DNA of 64,000 bases from Eledone cirrhosa (GCA_964016885.1 OZ024743.1:279682001-279746000); one strand, 5' to 3'. Counted from the stretch's first letter, positions 13,282 to 27,325 are shown. Notes: generated by a model from the sequence alone, not told the origin. Program-made: numbers and translations.

Positions 13282-16200
13282 GACTGGATTTCCCAACTGC
13301 ACCACAGTAGACGTGGACAAACCGTAGCGGGATATCTAGATCGTATTTTGACAGGTTCTTTGTTAAAGAGAGAGACAAGAAGATGTTAAGCTGTCCACAA
13401 ATGCACATGATTGCCTATTCAGACCACAAACTAGTCATCTGCGTAGTCAACCGTGATAGAATACATAGACAAGGACCTGAATACTGGAAGCTGAACGTGT
13501 CGCTTCCGAAAGTAAAGCCTACAGTGAACGGATAAGTAGATTAGTTAAGCAACAATTGACAGGAGCCTCAAGAAAACAATTAGAGTATAGTCGATAGACT
13601 TTAGCAGAGAGTTAGCCTTAGAGAAAAAGAAAACAGAAATGGAACTAGTAGCCGAGGGAGAGAAGGCGCTTAGAAGTGCAACGTCGCTAGCGTGCTAGCA
13701 ACGAGGACGGCACTGGACCAGATCTTCGACGCGAAACACGAAGGCTGCGTGATCGGAAGTAAATAACGTGCTCTAGGAAACGAGGGAGCAAAAGCTGTAG
13801 CTGGGCCTGAGAAGCAGTGGCGAAAAGTGGCAACAAGTCAACGATTCGGTCTTTGAAAGACCAAAACGGACGCGTGCTACTTGACCCCAAGCGGATGTGC
13901 GCGGCCCTTCAGCGGCGCTTTGCGCAACTGTTCGAGCAGAGTGGCGGTGCGTCGAACGGGGCAATGAACTTCGGTTCATACCTCGACTGCCTGCCGCGTC
14001 TCTCGAGCATGGACGCCGTGTTCTTCCAAAGACCGATCACAGCCACTGATATACGGAACACTCTGGGCCGCTGCGGGAAACGCAAATCACTCGGTCTAGA
14101 TCGTCTACCCTATGAGTTTTAACATAGGCATGCCGGACTTGTTCTCTGGCGTCCTCGAGGCCATCTATTGCAACTGGCATCAAAACGGGAGAATTCCCAG
14201 TTCTGTAGGCAGGGGCGTAGTAACGCTGATCAGGAAAGACGAGAACAACGGGAACGAACTAAGCAACTTTAGGCCCATAACACTGCACAACACAGAGTTA
14301 AAGATTTTGGCCAAGGTGTTGGCAACGAGGTTGGCGCTTGTCGTCGGGAACGTAGTAGGGAAAGCGCAAACGTGTGCAATCACGATCAGGTCCATACACG
14401 ACAACCTCCACCTCATGCGATATATCATAGAGGGGTGGGGTGTAAACCCGGCTTCAGTGGGGCTCTGACCAATTTAGATCAATCAAAGGCGTTCGATAGA
14501 GTCGATCATCGACACTTGGAAGCGGTTCTCAAGACGGCCGGTTTCGGACCCGTCCTCAGAGGCTGGATTGCCGCAATGCATACCAACATCTAATCGATGG
14601 TCAAGGTGAACGGCTACCTATCGGAGCCGTTCGCAATCACGCGTTCCATCTGACAGGGATGCCCTCTCTCCTCCATTCTGTACGTACTGACTCTAGAGCG
14701 ACTACTGCGGAAGTTGGAGCTGCTGCAGGGCATCCCGATGGAACCGGGACTGAGGAAAGCGGCGGCGGCTTATGCCGACGACGTGAGAGTAATGGTGTCG
14801 GAAACCTCGGAAATCGGGGCGATCGGCAACTTACCGTAGGAATACGAATGGCTCACAGCAGCAAAACTGAACCCGGACAAGTCTGTCGGTTTGCAACTCG
14901 GTACGTGGAGAGGCAAACCGATGCCGTCCGACAGCGTCGTCGGACGCTGGACGGACGGACCAGTGAAATTGCTCGGGGTCTCTGGTTCGGTCCAGACCTC
15001 CAGGTGGAGAAAAACTGGAACGAGGTCACGGGCAACGTATTTGAGTTCGCCCAGAATTGGGCAGAGGGAAAATTATCCTTGAAAGGTCGAGCGGAGGTGG
15101 CGAAAACTTTCATAGCGTCCGTCATCTACTACCGCTTGACCATCGTGCCTTGTCCTCGTGAACACCTTAATAAGATGGAACGCATGCTCTTCCATTTCCT
15201 TTGGAAGAAGCAGGCTCCACTGGTTAGGAGATCCGTCTGCTGTCAGCACCCTTCCAACGGAGGGCTGGGAATGACGTGGCTGATGATGCGCAAGCATGCG
15301 CTGAGGCTACGGCATCTACAGGTATTCCTCACCGACCCCCAACCGGTGTGGGCACCGTTTGTGAGACAGGTCTTCCCGAAACTTGTCTCGCTGACGGAGC
15401 TGCAGTCCTGGGTCAAGCGGAGACCGAAGAAGATTGGCACCTGGCACTCATAGTCCTCTGTCAAACGGGGGCACGGCAATCAGTGGAGACTCCACTTCAA
15501 CATTCTATAGAGGGTTAGTACGTCACAAGGGTGACTACGTGCTCAGAGAGACTCTAGGCATCGAAGACGACGAACTCACCAGTCTGTTTGATAGGACTTT
15601 CCGCTCGGGACCTATGGACAACTTCCAGGTGTCCCTGGCCTGGCAGTGCTACCGAGCAGCTCTACCAGTTCGTAGCAAGATCTACAGGCACGGACGCCCG
15701 GCAGGGATACTTCCAAGAGGACGTGTCCAAGATGCGGACAGGACATTGCAACCGTCCTGCACACAATTGTACACTGCGCTGGCGTAACCGACCTGTGGAA
15801 CTACGCAGAACAACTGCTGTCGCGTATGGGACAAATCCAGTTGACTGCCGAGTCCATAGTAAGTATCAAACCGCCAACTTCTTTCAAAAACGAAAGGGAT
15901 GCGGTTTTCATCTGTATAGTGGCTATGGTGAAAGATGTTATATGGTGGTCGAGATTGAGAGGACTGAGGACAGATGCTTTTCTCTCCGAACAACAACTCA
16001 TTCCCTTCTTTAGATACTACTTTAGAAGGAGAATAAGAGTGGAGAGAGAGAGTCACTGCACCCCAGTAAATTTACTGAAAGGTGGGTGAATGTGGCAAAA
16101 ATGGCCCGAGTGATTGGGCCTTCTCTGTATATAAACCTGTAGGTTGAAGAAGAGAGCAAAAGGAAGAAAGGTGCACTTCCACAACACGCTCCTGAAGTTG

Positions 16201-16376
16201 AGTGTTGTTCTATCTACAGGGTATTAAATAACCCATTTGTGGCGCCTCCCCCTATTGGGGATTTCGATTGTTATATTTGTTTGTTTCAATATTTTTACAC
16301 GATTGTATGTAAAATCCCCGCCACGTGTCTTTGTTTTGTCCCCTTTTCTTGTGCGCCCTTCTGACTAATAAAGAAA
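13282..16376 (+). mobile_element. Tx1-like LINE ORF2 (partial APE endonuclease, RT, C-terminal region) and 3' UTR; 5'-truncated and inactivated
   Basis: YLDRI, SDHKL and WKLN endonuclease motifs; KSLGLDRLPYEF, NFRPITL, LDQSKAFDRVDH, *QGCPLS, AYADDV, HPSNGGLG; ends AATAAAGAAA; (TATC)n on both sides. Confidence 0.92.
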
Positions 16377-16890
16377 TCTATCTATCTATTTATCTATTTA
16401 TCTATCTATCTATTTGTCTATATGTTTGTCTACCTATCTGTCTATTTATCAATTGATTTGGTTCTTTCTCTTTCTGGCACTACCATGATATATTTCACCC
16501 TCCATTCTGTTTTTTTCCTAGATAAACAGCTTCATAGATTTGTTAGTCATTCTCTCTATCTCATTGTCTCTATATCACAATCTTCCTCAATATTTCTTTC
16601 TACCGCCCATACAGAAGCACACCATCACTCTCTCTCAATCTTTCTGTACCTCCATTTGTCTCCCACTCTGCCTCCCCCTCTCTCTCTCCCTTATACTCAC
16701 ACCCACCACCACAATATCCACAAAGACATGACACAATGTAACCCTTAAAGGAAGATAATTTACTTAGTGCCAACACTGACGATAAACAAAAACGAAAATT
16801 ACATTATATTGTCCCCCTGTCTCTCATTCTCACTCCGCCGCTCACTTTCTCCCTCTCTTATTCATTTTCTATCTACTTCTCTCTGGACTA

Positions 16891-16921
<31 letters not shown>

Positions 16922-17036
16922 GGGGGGGGGGGGGGTGTAGCGTGTGTTTTGATATTTACGGTCTATGTTCTCGGTGTATGTTTGCAGGTGTCTAATTGCG
17001 TGTCGATTGCACGCTTAGGCTTATACGTCTTCAATG

Positions 17037-17097
<61 letters not shown>

Positions 17098-17190
17098 GTG
17101 CGTGTGTGTGTGTGTGCGTCAGTATATTACTATAGACACAGACGAGAGAACTTGGACAAAAGGTCATTTGTGCTTAAGATCGACATTACG

Positions 17191-17221
<31 letters not shown>

Positions 17222-17258
17222 ATATATATATATATTGATATATATATGTGCGTGTGTA

Positions 17259-17330
<72 letters not shown>

Positions 17331-17867
17331 TGTCTGTTTGTGCGCGTGTATTTGTAAGTGTGTTCGTGTATGTGTGAGAAAGAGTTCTATTTTCAGAGAG
17401 ATAATGAGAATGCGAGATATGGTGAATGACGCAGAGAGAGAAGGAATGATAGGGAGGGAGGGAAATAAAATGAAGAGTACAGTGTTACATAAATAAGCAT
17501 TAACCCGATCGACCAGTTTGCTGCGATGTCATACTTCAAATGACCCGACACAAACCTACCAGGTTTCAATTACTAGCGAATATTGACAGACACACGTAAA
17601 ACCTAATTAGAGTAGTTACTTTGCTATTTAGATATAATTCAGAGAACAAGGCCATGCATACAGTATTATGATTGCAAGTTGTAAGAGGTATGAGTGATAT
17701 ACGGTGTACTCAATACGTCTGGTCGAATAAATGAGTAAACATAGTATAGGAGAAGTGATTAACTTTAATAATCGTATTATATATATATGTTAACAATTAC
17801 AAACAAATACACGCACGCACAAATGCACACACACACACATACACACACACAAACACACACACACACG

Positions 17868-17915
<48 letters not shown>

Positions 17916-17919
<4 letters not shown>

Positions 17920-19400
17920 AACAAGTTATCGTTTTAGCGAATCCAGTTAGAGGTTATGAGTACTTTGTATTATGCATAGTTTCAAAGTACGGCGTTGTTT
18001 GACTCAACAAGAGGTTTCCTTAGTTAGATACCTGCGAGAATTCTCATGCAGGTTATTCTTGGAGTAATAGTAGTGAAAGAGTGAAGAATAACATAGTCGG
18101 CTGTACAAAAAGGGTTTTATTTACAGTATTAACAATTGTTTCATTGAACAGGTGAGTCTAAAGGCCGCTAATCACTCGAAGTTTCGTCACTCGACCTTAA
18201 ATACAGTGTGTGTCTCTGATCAAATCATCAGAATACTGGAGGGTGTAACACATGGCATTGGTATTTATAGATACATCGGAGAATCAAAACAATAACATCA
18301 ATAATAAAAGATAATAATAAAGAAGTTAGAATGAAAATGATAAAGATGTAAAAAATAAGTGAAAAATAAGTACAGCGTACGGTTGCTGATAATAGTAGTA
18401 GTGGTGGTGGTAGTTGAAGTTACAGTGGTAAGTGGATGTGTACAGTAGTGATGACGGTAGAGATAACAATAAGATGAAAAGAAACACTAAATGCATGATA
18501 TGTAGTATGCAAGGGGTATGGTCAAATCCTAGAGGATTAGAATATAAAAATAAAAAATAAAAAATAACAGATAAAAGACAAAAAATGATAAATAAAAAAT
18601 AAGCGAGAGAGGAAGAGATAAGTGACAGGAGACAGAGAGAGGTGATAAGGATTCAAGGATGGGACGTAAGGGGTAGGGCTAAGGACGTGGAAGGAGTAGA
18701 TAGATAGACAGAGAATAAAGTGAACGGGGAGGTGATGATATACGGGTGGTTAATGTCTGGCAGACTGATTGTTTTATCTTAATGGAGGTGGTGTGGTTAT
18801 AGAGAGGGAGAGTGGAAGAAAGGTTGGGAGATTTATGGTGTTGATTTAATGACCAGTTGGTCAGTTGACAGCTAATAACAGTAGGGTGGTGTGGAGCTAG
18901 AACATTAAAACCCGGGTGGTTCTGCTTGAATTCTGAGATTGCTGGATCGAATCAAGCCGGTTTGAAGTTAGAGAACTTGGTAGCTGCTTTGTGCCTACAG
19001 AAAATTGATCGTTCTATTTTGTTGTTTAGCAGCATTTTCGCATACTTTAAAATATGGAGAAATTCCTTACTGCAAAGTCCGCAGTGGGACATTCCATTAT
19101 TGTAAGCCCTTGCTCTCGATAATTTCGACCAGCTAATCACATATTCCTGGTTGGTGTCCTTAAGCTGTCAGATTTTATTGGCCAGCGTCGTTGAGTTCTC
19201 TAGTCTACGGTTTTTTTATAAAATGTCTATGTACATACCATCCTTTTTTTAATTCCCCAGCCGTAGAACCTATGTAGTGCCATGCTAAGTCGCCCGATTT
19301 GATAGTACACAGGTACACTATACTTGATTCCAGGCATCTATTTTGTAGTGGACAATTTTCTGTAGGCATAAAGCAGCTACCAAGATCTCTAACTTCAAAT
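17916..19400 (-). mobile_element. 5'-truncated Penelope-like element (GIY-YIG end, 3' region, pLTR with hammerhead)
   Basis: CPLQNRCLESSIVYLC...YIGST (19205-19426); CGLCSKE...LLN...CRHK (18952-19140); hammerhead followed by AATAAA; ends at (TA)n; 19353-19399 is an inverted copy of about 18961-19007. Confidence 0.88.
18124..18238 (-). ncRNA. Type I hammerhead ribozyme with extended stem II, in PLE pLTR
   Basis: Minus strand: CAGTATT-CTGATGA-tTTGATCAG...CTGTTCAAt-GAAA-CAATTG-TT-AATACTG; perfect 7-bp stem I; palindromic stem III. Confidence 0.8.
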
Positions 19401-21062
19401 CGGCATTCTATTAATTTCTGAAGCATTCTATAAACCCTGTTCAGGTAAAATTCTAAACAATTTAGAAATATTTTTTCGCGGAAAAGCGCTGGATTAAATA
19501 TTTCGATTTTTCATCCAACTCCCTTTATTATAATTTCAAATCCTGTCGATGAAGGGGCATGACAGGGTGCATTGCGTAATTTCATCAGGCCCTGTGCGGT
19601 TTGTGCCAGAAGAAAATAGTATTAGCATGAGAAAACCAATGAAAACATAGTTTTCTTGTCCAGTCTTACAATCGGCTCCTATCTGTTTATATTTTTTCTT
19701 AAAAAAAACCTATCAACGTACTGATATGTGGCAACAGAGACTAGTTTACCGACTTCTAATTACATTTTGGAGACATCGTTCAAGAGTCAGTTGTGTAAGT
19801 ATACAAATATCGTTGTGTGGTTAAGAAGTTCTCTTCGAAATCAGTTCGTGACGGATACCATCTTACGGTACGGTTTTCTGTAACAACATTTATTATAAGT
19901 TTCAGATTTTCTTAAGAAGACTGAGACGTTTTGCTATAAAATCATTCTCACGTTATGGAAATAATATACAATAAAAAATACTAATTTCATTTTTGTTCCC
20001 GCAATATTGTTTACTCTCCTAGACAGAGTTAATTGAGGATGGTTATATCTAATGGGGAAAATCTAATTAGAAGTGTCTTCGTTATATTACTTAAGGTGAT
20101 AGATAATTGAGAAAGAAAAATAATGAATATTGATAGAGATCTATAGAAATATATAATGCAAATATTTGATAGACTTGATAGACATGAGAATAGCCCAGAT
20201 AGCCCAGTCTTCATTTCTGTGGAGAGGAGGAGACATTTCAAATGACATACAGATTTTCAGATAACTTTAAAACATACTAATACATATTCTCCTGTTGTTG
20301 GTGGTGGTGGTGGGGGATCTAAGCAATATGTAATAATCTATGCAATTGCAAAGTATGACATATGAAACGACGATTATTCAAGTTAATTAAGATTTTCTCT
20401 ATTTTGAGCTACAAATACAAAAACTATTTCTGCTGCTTTAATCTGTTATAGAATACTTCAAGTTTTCATGACACTTTCGTAATAAACACGATTCTTCAGT
20501 CGAACGTGGAGGTATGCTTAATCAGATCCATGATTACCGATTACAGCTGTTACCGCTTATTCCTATTTCAGGGGCTATCACAGAATACATTATCCAATGT
20601 CTCCTTCATTATTTACGAGAGCAGGGTTTGAACTGAAAATGATTTCCTTGCTATTTCAAGCAGGTTTAAGGGACGTTAGATTGTTTTATTCTTGCAGTCA
20701 ATCTCGCTGTCCCTGGTACAAGTACCCAAATTACTTCAGCGTCAGATTTTTAGTTTCTTACCTAAACTTCAATATTCTTTAAAATAAAACTATTTTCACG
20801 TATCAATATAAGCCTGCCTATGGCAATTTATTTTAAATTATGTGTGAGTATCTGTATTTGTATGTATTCGTGCGCATATTTCAAGAATAATGTGTAACTA
20901 TAGGTGTAGATATCATGGCATACGCACGTGAGAGAAAACATGGCTTCCTATTCCATTTCTTCTTTGAAGAGATTAAACTTCGCTCCATTGGACAGAATAT
21001 TTTTCATAACCCAGTAACGTAGATTTATACGGAACAGTTTACTAGTAATACGTCTGCCAGTG

Positions 21063-21102
<40 letters not shown>

Positions 21103-21158
21103 GTGGATAAACGTTTCCTTTTATTTCATGTAAAATTCAAAAGTTACAGAAATCTGTG

Positions 21159-21217
<59 letters not shown>

Positions 21218-21859
21218 ACATGTACGCGTGTGTCTTAATGTGCAGTCCTTACAAGCAGTTCCACATCCGCCAAGAACATCATAAAACGTATATTATGTTG
21301 TACAATTATCCAACTAGCACATCATTTTCATGGCTGAAATTACTTCAAATTCTACAAATTTTCGAGAGAAACAATATTTATAAAAGAAGTAGAAAGAAAT
21401 ACTAAACAAGATATATATATATATAAATGAATATACTTAACAAGTATGAAGTAGTTACTACGATTTTATACTCGAATAGAACATCTTTGACAGTTATAAT
21501 TCTCATTCCAATGTAAACACTTACATTTTTAGAAAAATATTCCTTTCGTTTTGAATGTACAGATGTGCCGAAAGTTCTTTGGGTAGAATGAAAATTAGAT
21601 TTATGATGTTCATATTTTTACTTTTTGTATATTAGTGGTATCAATGAAAATGTTTTATTGTAGCATATAATATGTTTCTCCGTCACTCTCTCTACTAGGG
21701 TCTCTAAGGAAGCGACGAACTAGCGTTGTCGTTAAAGCATAATAGATAATGATAAACAATGTCAATTATATACGTATATACATACACATAATCATATATA
21801 TGAATGTATATAAATGTATATATGCTGATATACACATACACACACATATATTGTTTAAC

Positions 21860-22180
21860 TCCGGAGCTCAGAATCATTCGGTTATTATAAATAGAATATT
21901 AGTTTAATGACTCCATTTATACCATAAACATGTTTTTCTCTTTGCGTGGAATTGTTCTCATCGCTCCACATAACGACGTAATTACCCTTACTTTTTTTCC
22001 CGTTCATTGCCAGGGAACGTTTTCACGAACCCAAGTATCGTCTTCCTGTTTTCCTTCGGTTGCAACGTTTATCGAAATAGTTACTTCCACGCCCACAGAT
22101 TCATTTTTTTTTTAGTTTCAGAAAATCCCGTTAAGGGTGAAAGCAGTGATTCTTTTCTTAAACTTTAAACTGTTATTTTA
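21860..22180 (+). repeat. Dispersed non-coding repeat family; other copies at 49737-49840 (+), 50595-50910 (-), 51760-51965 (+)
   Basis: Shared GTATCGTCTTCCTGTTTTCCTTCGGTTGCAACGTTT and ATCCCGTTAAGGGTGAAAGCAG blocks. Confidence 0.85.
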
Positions 22181-22560
22181 ATAAATAAATAAATGAATAT
22201 ATATACACACAGCTTTGTGCGGATAAATAGCATATCCATTCAAAATAAACAAGGATTATATACATTTAAAAATCTCTCAAGTATCTAAGAAAACTACTGA
22301 CAAGCATTTCCTCAAAACATCAGACTGAGCACACAGCTGTTTTTGTCAAAAACGTTTTTCCTTCCTTTCTATTCTCACCCTCAATCTTTCTATTTCTTCT
22401 TTTATTTAAGATTCTATTTTCTGATGAAGAACTAGAGTACAAAACGTCAAGGAACCTTTGCAAATGTAATGTATGAATTGCTAAACAAAAATATTTTCTG
22501 CTTTGCTGTCTACGCTTACTTTTTGTATAAAAATATATGCATGTATATATATATATATAT

Positions 22561-23498
22561 ACGAAACGAAGGGAAAGGAGCTGTGTGGTTACTAAAAACA
22601 AGGTTTAGGATGGTGGTTAGGATGGAACAAGAGGAGAAAAGAAGAAAGAAGAAAGAATCCTTCGTCGGCTGTAAAGAATCCGCGATCTAAATGTTTCGGC
22701 GCTGAATTACAGGACACCTCTAGCGATCGGGAGCGCCCTAGGCCTTTTATTAATCAAAAGGCCAGAAGGAAAAGAAGAGAGAAAGGAGAGAAAAAAAGGA
22801 AGGAAAAAGAGGGAAAAGGGGAAGAAGAACTGAGGGGGGGGGGGATAGAGAAAGAAAGAGAGAAGGGGAAAAAGGGAGAAAAAAAGGAGAAAAAAACAGG
22901 AGAAAAAAAGATGAACAGATCCCATCGTGGGAAGACAGAGGACAAAGAAGCATGCAAATGAGTAACCGTGAAAAAATAGGAAAAGTAAGTTGTAGGCAAC
23001 CTGATAGACTTAAGCCTAGTGGTGGGCTCTGATCCGAAGACGGTATTAATCGTGTTGACTATCTCGTACGCGAGAGAGAGTGAGAGAGAGAGACACGAGC
23101 AACCGGAAGTGAGAGAGAGAAGGGAAAAGGAGCTAATCCAAAGGGGGGTTTTACGAAGGTGGTAAAAACGTGTTGCAAAAGATTGCGAACAGAGAAGTTT
23201 TTACGACACGTGTAAACATGTCAACAATCAAAACCGAATGGATGGATAGAGAGAGGGAGAGAGAGAGAAAAAACGAGAATGAGGAGGAGAAGGGAAGAGA
23301 GAAGGGGAGGGTCGATGCGAAAGTGTGGAAGCAACACAGATCGAACAAAAAAGGTAGAGACACAGCGGCAAATACAAAATAATACGAAACGAAAGGAACT
23401 GTGTGGTTACTAAGAACAAGTTTAGGATGATGGTTAGGGCGGAACAAGAAGAGAAAAGAAGAAAGAAGAAAGAATCCTTCGTTAGCTGTAAAAACTCC
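22561..23498 (-). mobile_element. Non-coding retrozyme/PLE-like element with direct terminal repeats, flanked by (TA)n
   Basis: 22561-22675 repeated at 23383-23492 (817-bp offset at CTGTA); shares GGATCAGAG...CCACT...GCTTAAGT with the 8820-9504 element; carries the permuted hammerhead-like motif. Confidence 0.68.
22662..22718 (-). ncRNA. Permuted hammerhead-like motif (variant core CCGACGA)
   Basis: Minus strand: GGTGT-C-CTGTAA-ttcagcgcc-GAA-ACATT-15nt-TTACAG-CCGACGA. Confidence 0.5.
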
Positions 23499-23509
23499 AT
23501 ATATATATA

Positions 23510-23991
23510 TATGAATAAAATTCGAACAGAAGATAAGGCGTCCGTCATCAGTGATCTTCCAGCCGTCGTTGGTATTTCTTCGCATTAAAGATCATATACC
23601 TCTGGCTGGTGCGAGCAATAACTAAAAAAAGGTTATTGGGACACGTAGAATAGGGTGAAGCGAGCGAGACATGTAAACAAACAAACATGGTAATGCAACG
23701 GAAAGAGAGGATCTCACATGGCTCGGACGCGTCAGTGTCTTTCGTCCGTGATTTGATCGAACTTAAGTACACAGATATCACAGACTTGTTTCTCCTCTTC
23801 CTCTCTTTCTGTTGCATTACCTTCTTTGTTTGTTTACATGTCTCGCTCGCTTCACCCTATTCTACGTGTCCCAATAACTTTTTTTTAGTTATTGCCAGAG
23901 GTATATGATCTTTAATGCGAAGAAATACCAACGGCGGCTGGAAGATCACTGATGACGGACGCCTTATCTTCTGTTCGAATTTTATTCATAT
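23510..23991. repeat. Fold-back element (about 200-bp arms), each arm carrying the permuted hammerhead-like motif
   Basis: 23510-23711 is the reverse complement of 23799-23991 apart from a small indel. Confidence 0.88.
23900..23955 (+). ncRNA. Permuted hammerhead-like motif; mirror copy at 23545-23600 (-)
   Basis: GGTAT-A-TGATCT-ttaatgcgaa-GAA-ATACC-13nt-AGATCA-CTGATGA; both stems fully complementary. Confidence 0.6.
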
Positions 23992-24020
23992 CTATCCCAT
24001 TTGCAACAAGACAGCGCGCC

Positions 24021-24185
<165 letters not shown>

Positions 24186-24327
24186 CATATATATATATAA
24201 AATCATATAAATATTTATATATACATATATATATGTATATTTGTATATCTGTATATATATAAAGATGAAGTTTTCTGTCTGTGTGAGTGTGTGGACAATT
24301 TTTATTGAGGGCTCATATATTCTAAAC

Positions 24328-27325
24328 AAGGGGTTCTCAACCTTTTTTTCGCTGTGGACCACCAAAATAAGTAATTTTTTCCTCTGAACCACCTAAAATT
24401 TATTTTGTAATAGAACTGCTACTTATAAGCATCAGTAGATGTTTTTTTTTCCGATGAATTAGAAAATGCTATTATCATGTCGCAGAGCCTAAAAATCTAC
24501 GAAAATAAACAGCTCAAGCCGTGCTTATGCGAAGAATAAGAATAGCGCTTTAAGTCAAATGCATGGAACAAAAAAGAATATGCTTTTGCACCAAACAACG
24601 CATAATTTATTCGTTATTAATTTGAATTTTTTCGATTTCATATCTCAGCGACAAATATGAAGCATTGATGTTGAGAGTTTCTACTTCTAATTGGTAAGAT
24701 TGATTTGATTGGTCAATACCATTTTCACTTTGCAATGAAAGTTCCTTTTTTGTTCCCCTAAGGGACATGTTTTAAGCACCAAGACAACAGAGAACAAACA
24801 AATGAGAACACCAATAACAAAACCAATTTGAAAATGTCTATTTTTTTCAATAAAGCTTTATTTGATAGAATCGAGTAGAAAAAGGTTACTGAGTCCTGGA
24901 AAACACTCCCTATCATTCAGATGAAATGGTAAGCTGTACAGTTTAAACATGATAATGTGTAGGGTTAGTTAAAAAAATGCGAAGATTTAAGTTGGGATCA
25001 GTACAAAAGGTCGTGTAAACGTTTGAGGGAATACAACAAATTGAATTGAATTAAAAATGTCAACGACAACACAATTACGCCACGTCATCAGACAACACGT
25101 CAAAAAACTGTCAATGAGACCCTTGTGCTTGTTTCTGATCCACAAGTTTAGAAATCCTCGGCTCTATGTGGCTCAAGTGAAGTCTCAAATCGGCATTGTT
25201 GTCGAGGATCAAATGCCTCCGCTGCTTTGTGTATATGTGGAGAACAATGGAAAATCCATTTTCAGCCAAGTAAGATGTAGGGAGATTTATTATGAAAGGC
25301 TCGACTTGTTGAAACAGCTTTGGATATTCTTGACAATGATTCAACCAAGCCTCGAGCCAGTTAGTTTCAGAAAATTTATGCAGATTATCATCTACCGTCG
25401 CCTCACAGAGCTCCATCTGAAGACATTCTGGTTGAACAAGTATGTCGTTCATAGACATTGTGGGAAGAGAATCCACAAAAATTGGGATATTTAAAGCCAA
25501 AAGATCTTCAAAACGATTATTGAAGTTTTCGTGAAGGAAAGATAGATGTTCGATTATAGATTTGTGCAAGTCATTATCTACCACAACAGTTTTTAAGCTC
25601 TCGAACTGCGAAAAGTTATGATCTTCAATTTGAATTTTCCATAGAACGAGCTTATTCATGAAAGCCCGTATCAAGTGTTTGGCACGTACAACGTTGATGT
25701 TCTGCTTTTGCAAAGAAAGGTTGAGATGATTTAGTTTTGAAAGATCTCATGTAAATACAAAATTGCGGGTTTTTTCTCAGAAAGTGATGCTGTCATAATT
25801 GGATCTGTCTGTGGAAGAAATTCTATGACTTTATCGAAGAGTGCAACAAACCGTCCAAGGCAGCTCCCCATTGATAGCCAGCGTATATCTGTCGAATACA
25901 ACAAACGGTTGAATGCTTCATCTTTACAAGCTTCTTGGAAAAGCTTGTCCCGAAGACAAGATCTTTTGATCTGATTTTTTTTACTATTTTTTTTACTATT
26001 TTTTTTACTATTACATTTTCTCGATGGAGTACGCAATGTGTTGTGAAGATGTGATTAAATTATCTCCATCTTGCAACAAAACCCTGGGATTTTCCAACCA
26101 TAGAGGCTGCTCCATCAGTGCATATTGATATGATGTTGTGGGGATCAATGTCATTTTTAGTGAGAAAATCCATGACTGCATTGTAGATCATCTCCCCAGT
26201 GTTTTTCAGTACAGTTGTCATAAAAGGTAGGTTTTCACAAACCGTGGTCCCTTTTACATAGCGAGCAAAAGCAAGCACAACACATTGGTTGTCAAAAGTG
26301 CTGTCATCCACCGTCAACGAAAGTCTGCTGTGTCGCAATTCTTCTACAACTGTAGATTTGACATCTTTAACCATTTCAGAAATGCGGGAAGATACCGTGC
26401 TGTTGGAAAGTGGAATAGTTGCTAAAACTGAGGCAGCGTTCGACACACTAGCAACTTTATATCCTTCAAGTATTGAGGGCCTAATCAGGTCTTCGCCAAT
26501 GGTATGCGGGCGATCCTGTTTTGCTATCATGAGTGAAATGTTGTAGGACGCTTGCAGACCAGAACTGTTGTTAGCATGGGATAGGAAAATTTTCAGTGAT
26601 GCAGATGACATTTTTGTTTTTGCGAAGATATTCTTCGAAGTACTTCTTAGGCTTGCCATATAAATCGGGAGGGAGTTATTTTTGATGATACAATAATTTC
26701 GAAGATTTCATTGAGTCGGTAGTTAAAATTTTTGAGCAGAAGATACACTGTGGTAATGATGGATCTTCTGCGCTGGATAAAAAACCATATCTGATATAAT
26801 CTGAGTTATATCGTCTACAAAATCGTTTTTCCGATTCGGTGAACGAAGAATTTAGAGAACGTTTTTCCATATCACTGACAACAAAATGTCTACAGACTAC
26901 AATTAGACTAACACTTGCGTAAAAAATGTACGTACCTGGAGAGAGAATTATGTTGGATAAGCCGTAAGAACTACTGTTTCGCTAGTAATCCTCAATTCAA
27001 AAGTCAGGTAGAAAACACGATCGTATCGACCGGCCGAGAACAAGCGATTTGTTGGGTGTTTTTATGCGCGCTAACGTCTGTACGCATCTGTACTTGTCTA
27101 GTACGCGTCCGTGTATGATTGGATAGCTAATCGTCCAATAGGAAAGGCGTACTCTCAAGTGCACTCACAGGTGCGAGGTGTGATGAGGCATGTTTCGTTT
27201 GTGTGACGTGTGCGTGTACGGAAGAAATTAAATTTTTCAGGTGGTTCACAGAAAGTTTTCTGTGGACCACCTGAATTTTCCTGTGGACCACTAGTGGTCC
27301 ACATGGACCAAGTTGAGAACCCCTG
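24328..27325 (-). mobile_element. hAT transposon of the Buster/Charlie group, complete ends
   Basis: TIRs (A/C)AGGGGTTCTCAAC; 8-bp TSD TTCTAAAC at 24320-24327 and 27326-27333; subterminal GTGGACCAC repeats at both ends. Confidence 0.93.
25111..26870 (-). pseudogene. Disrupted hAT (Buster/ZBED5-like) transposase
   Basis: BED-like RRYNSDYIRYGF...PQCIFC; KQDRPHTIGEDLIRP; LTVDDST; ICTDGAASMVG; IRWLS; PTSYLAENGFS; ends QAQGSH; split over four ORFs. Confidence 0.92.
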
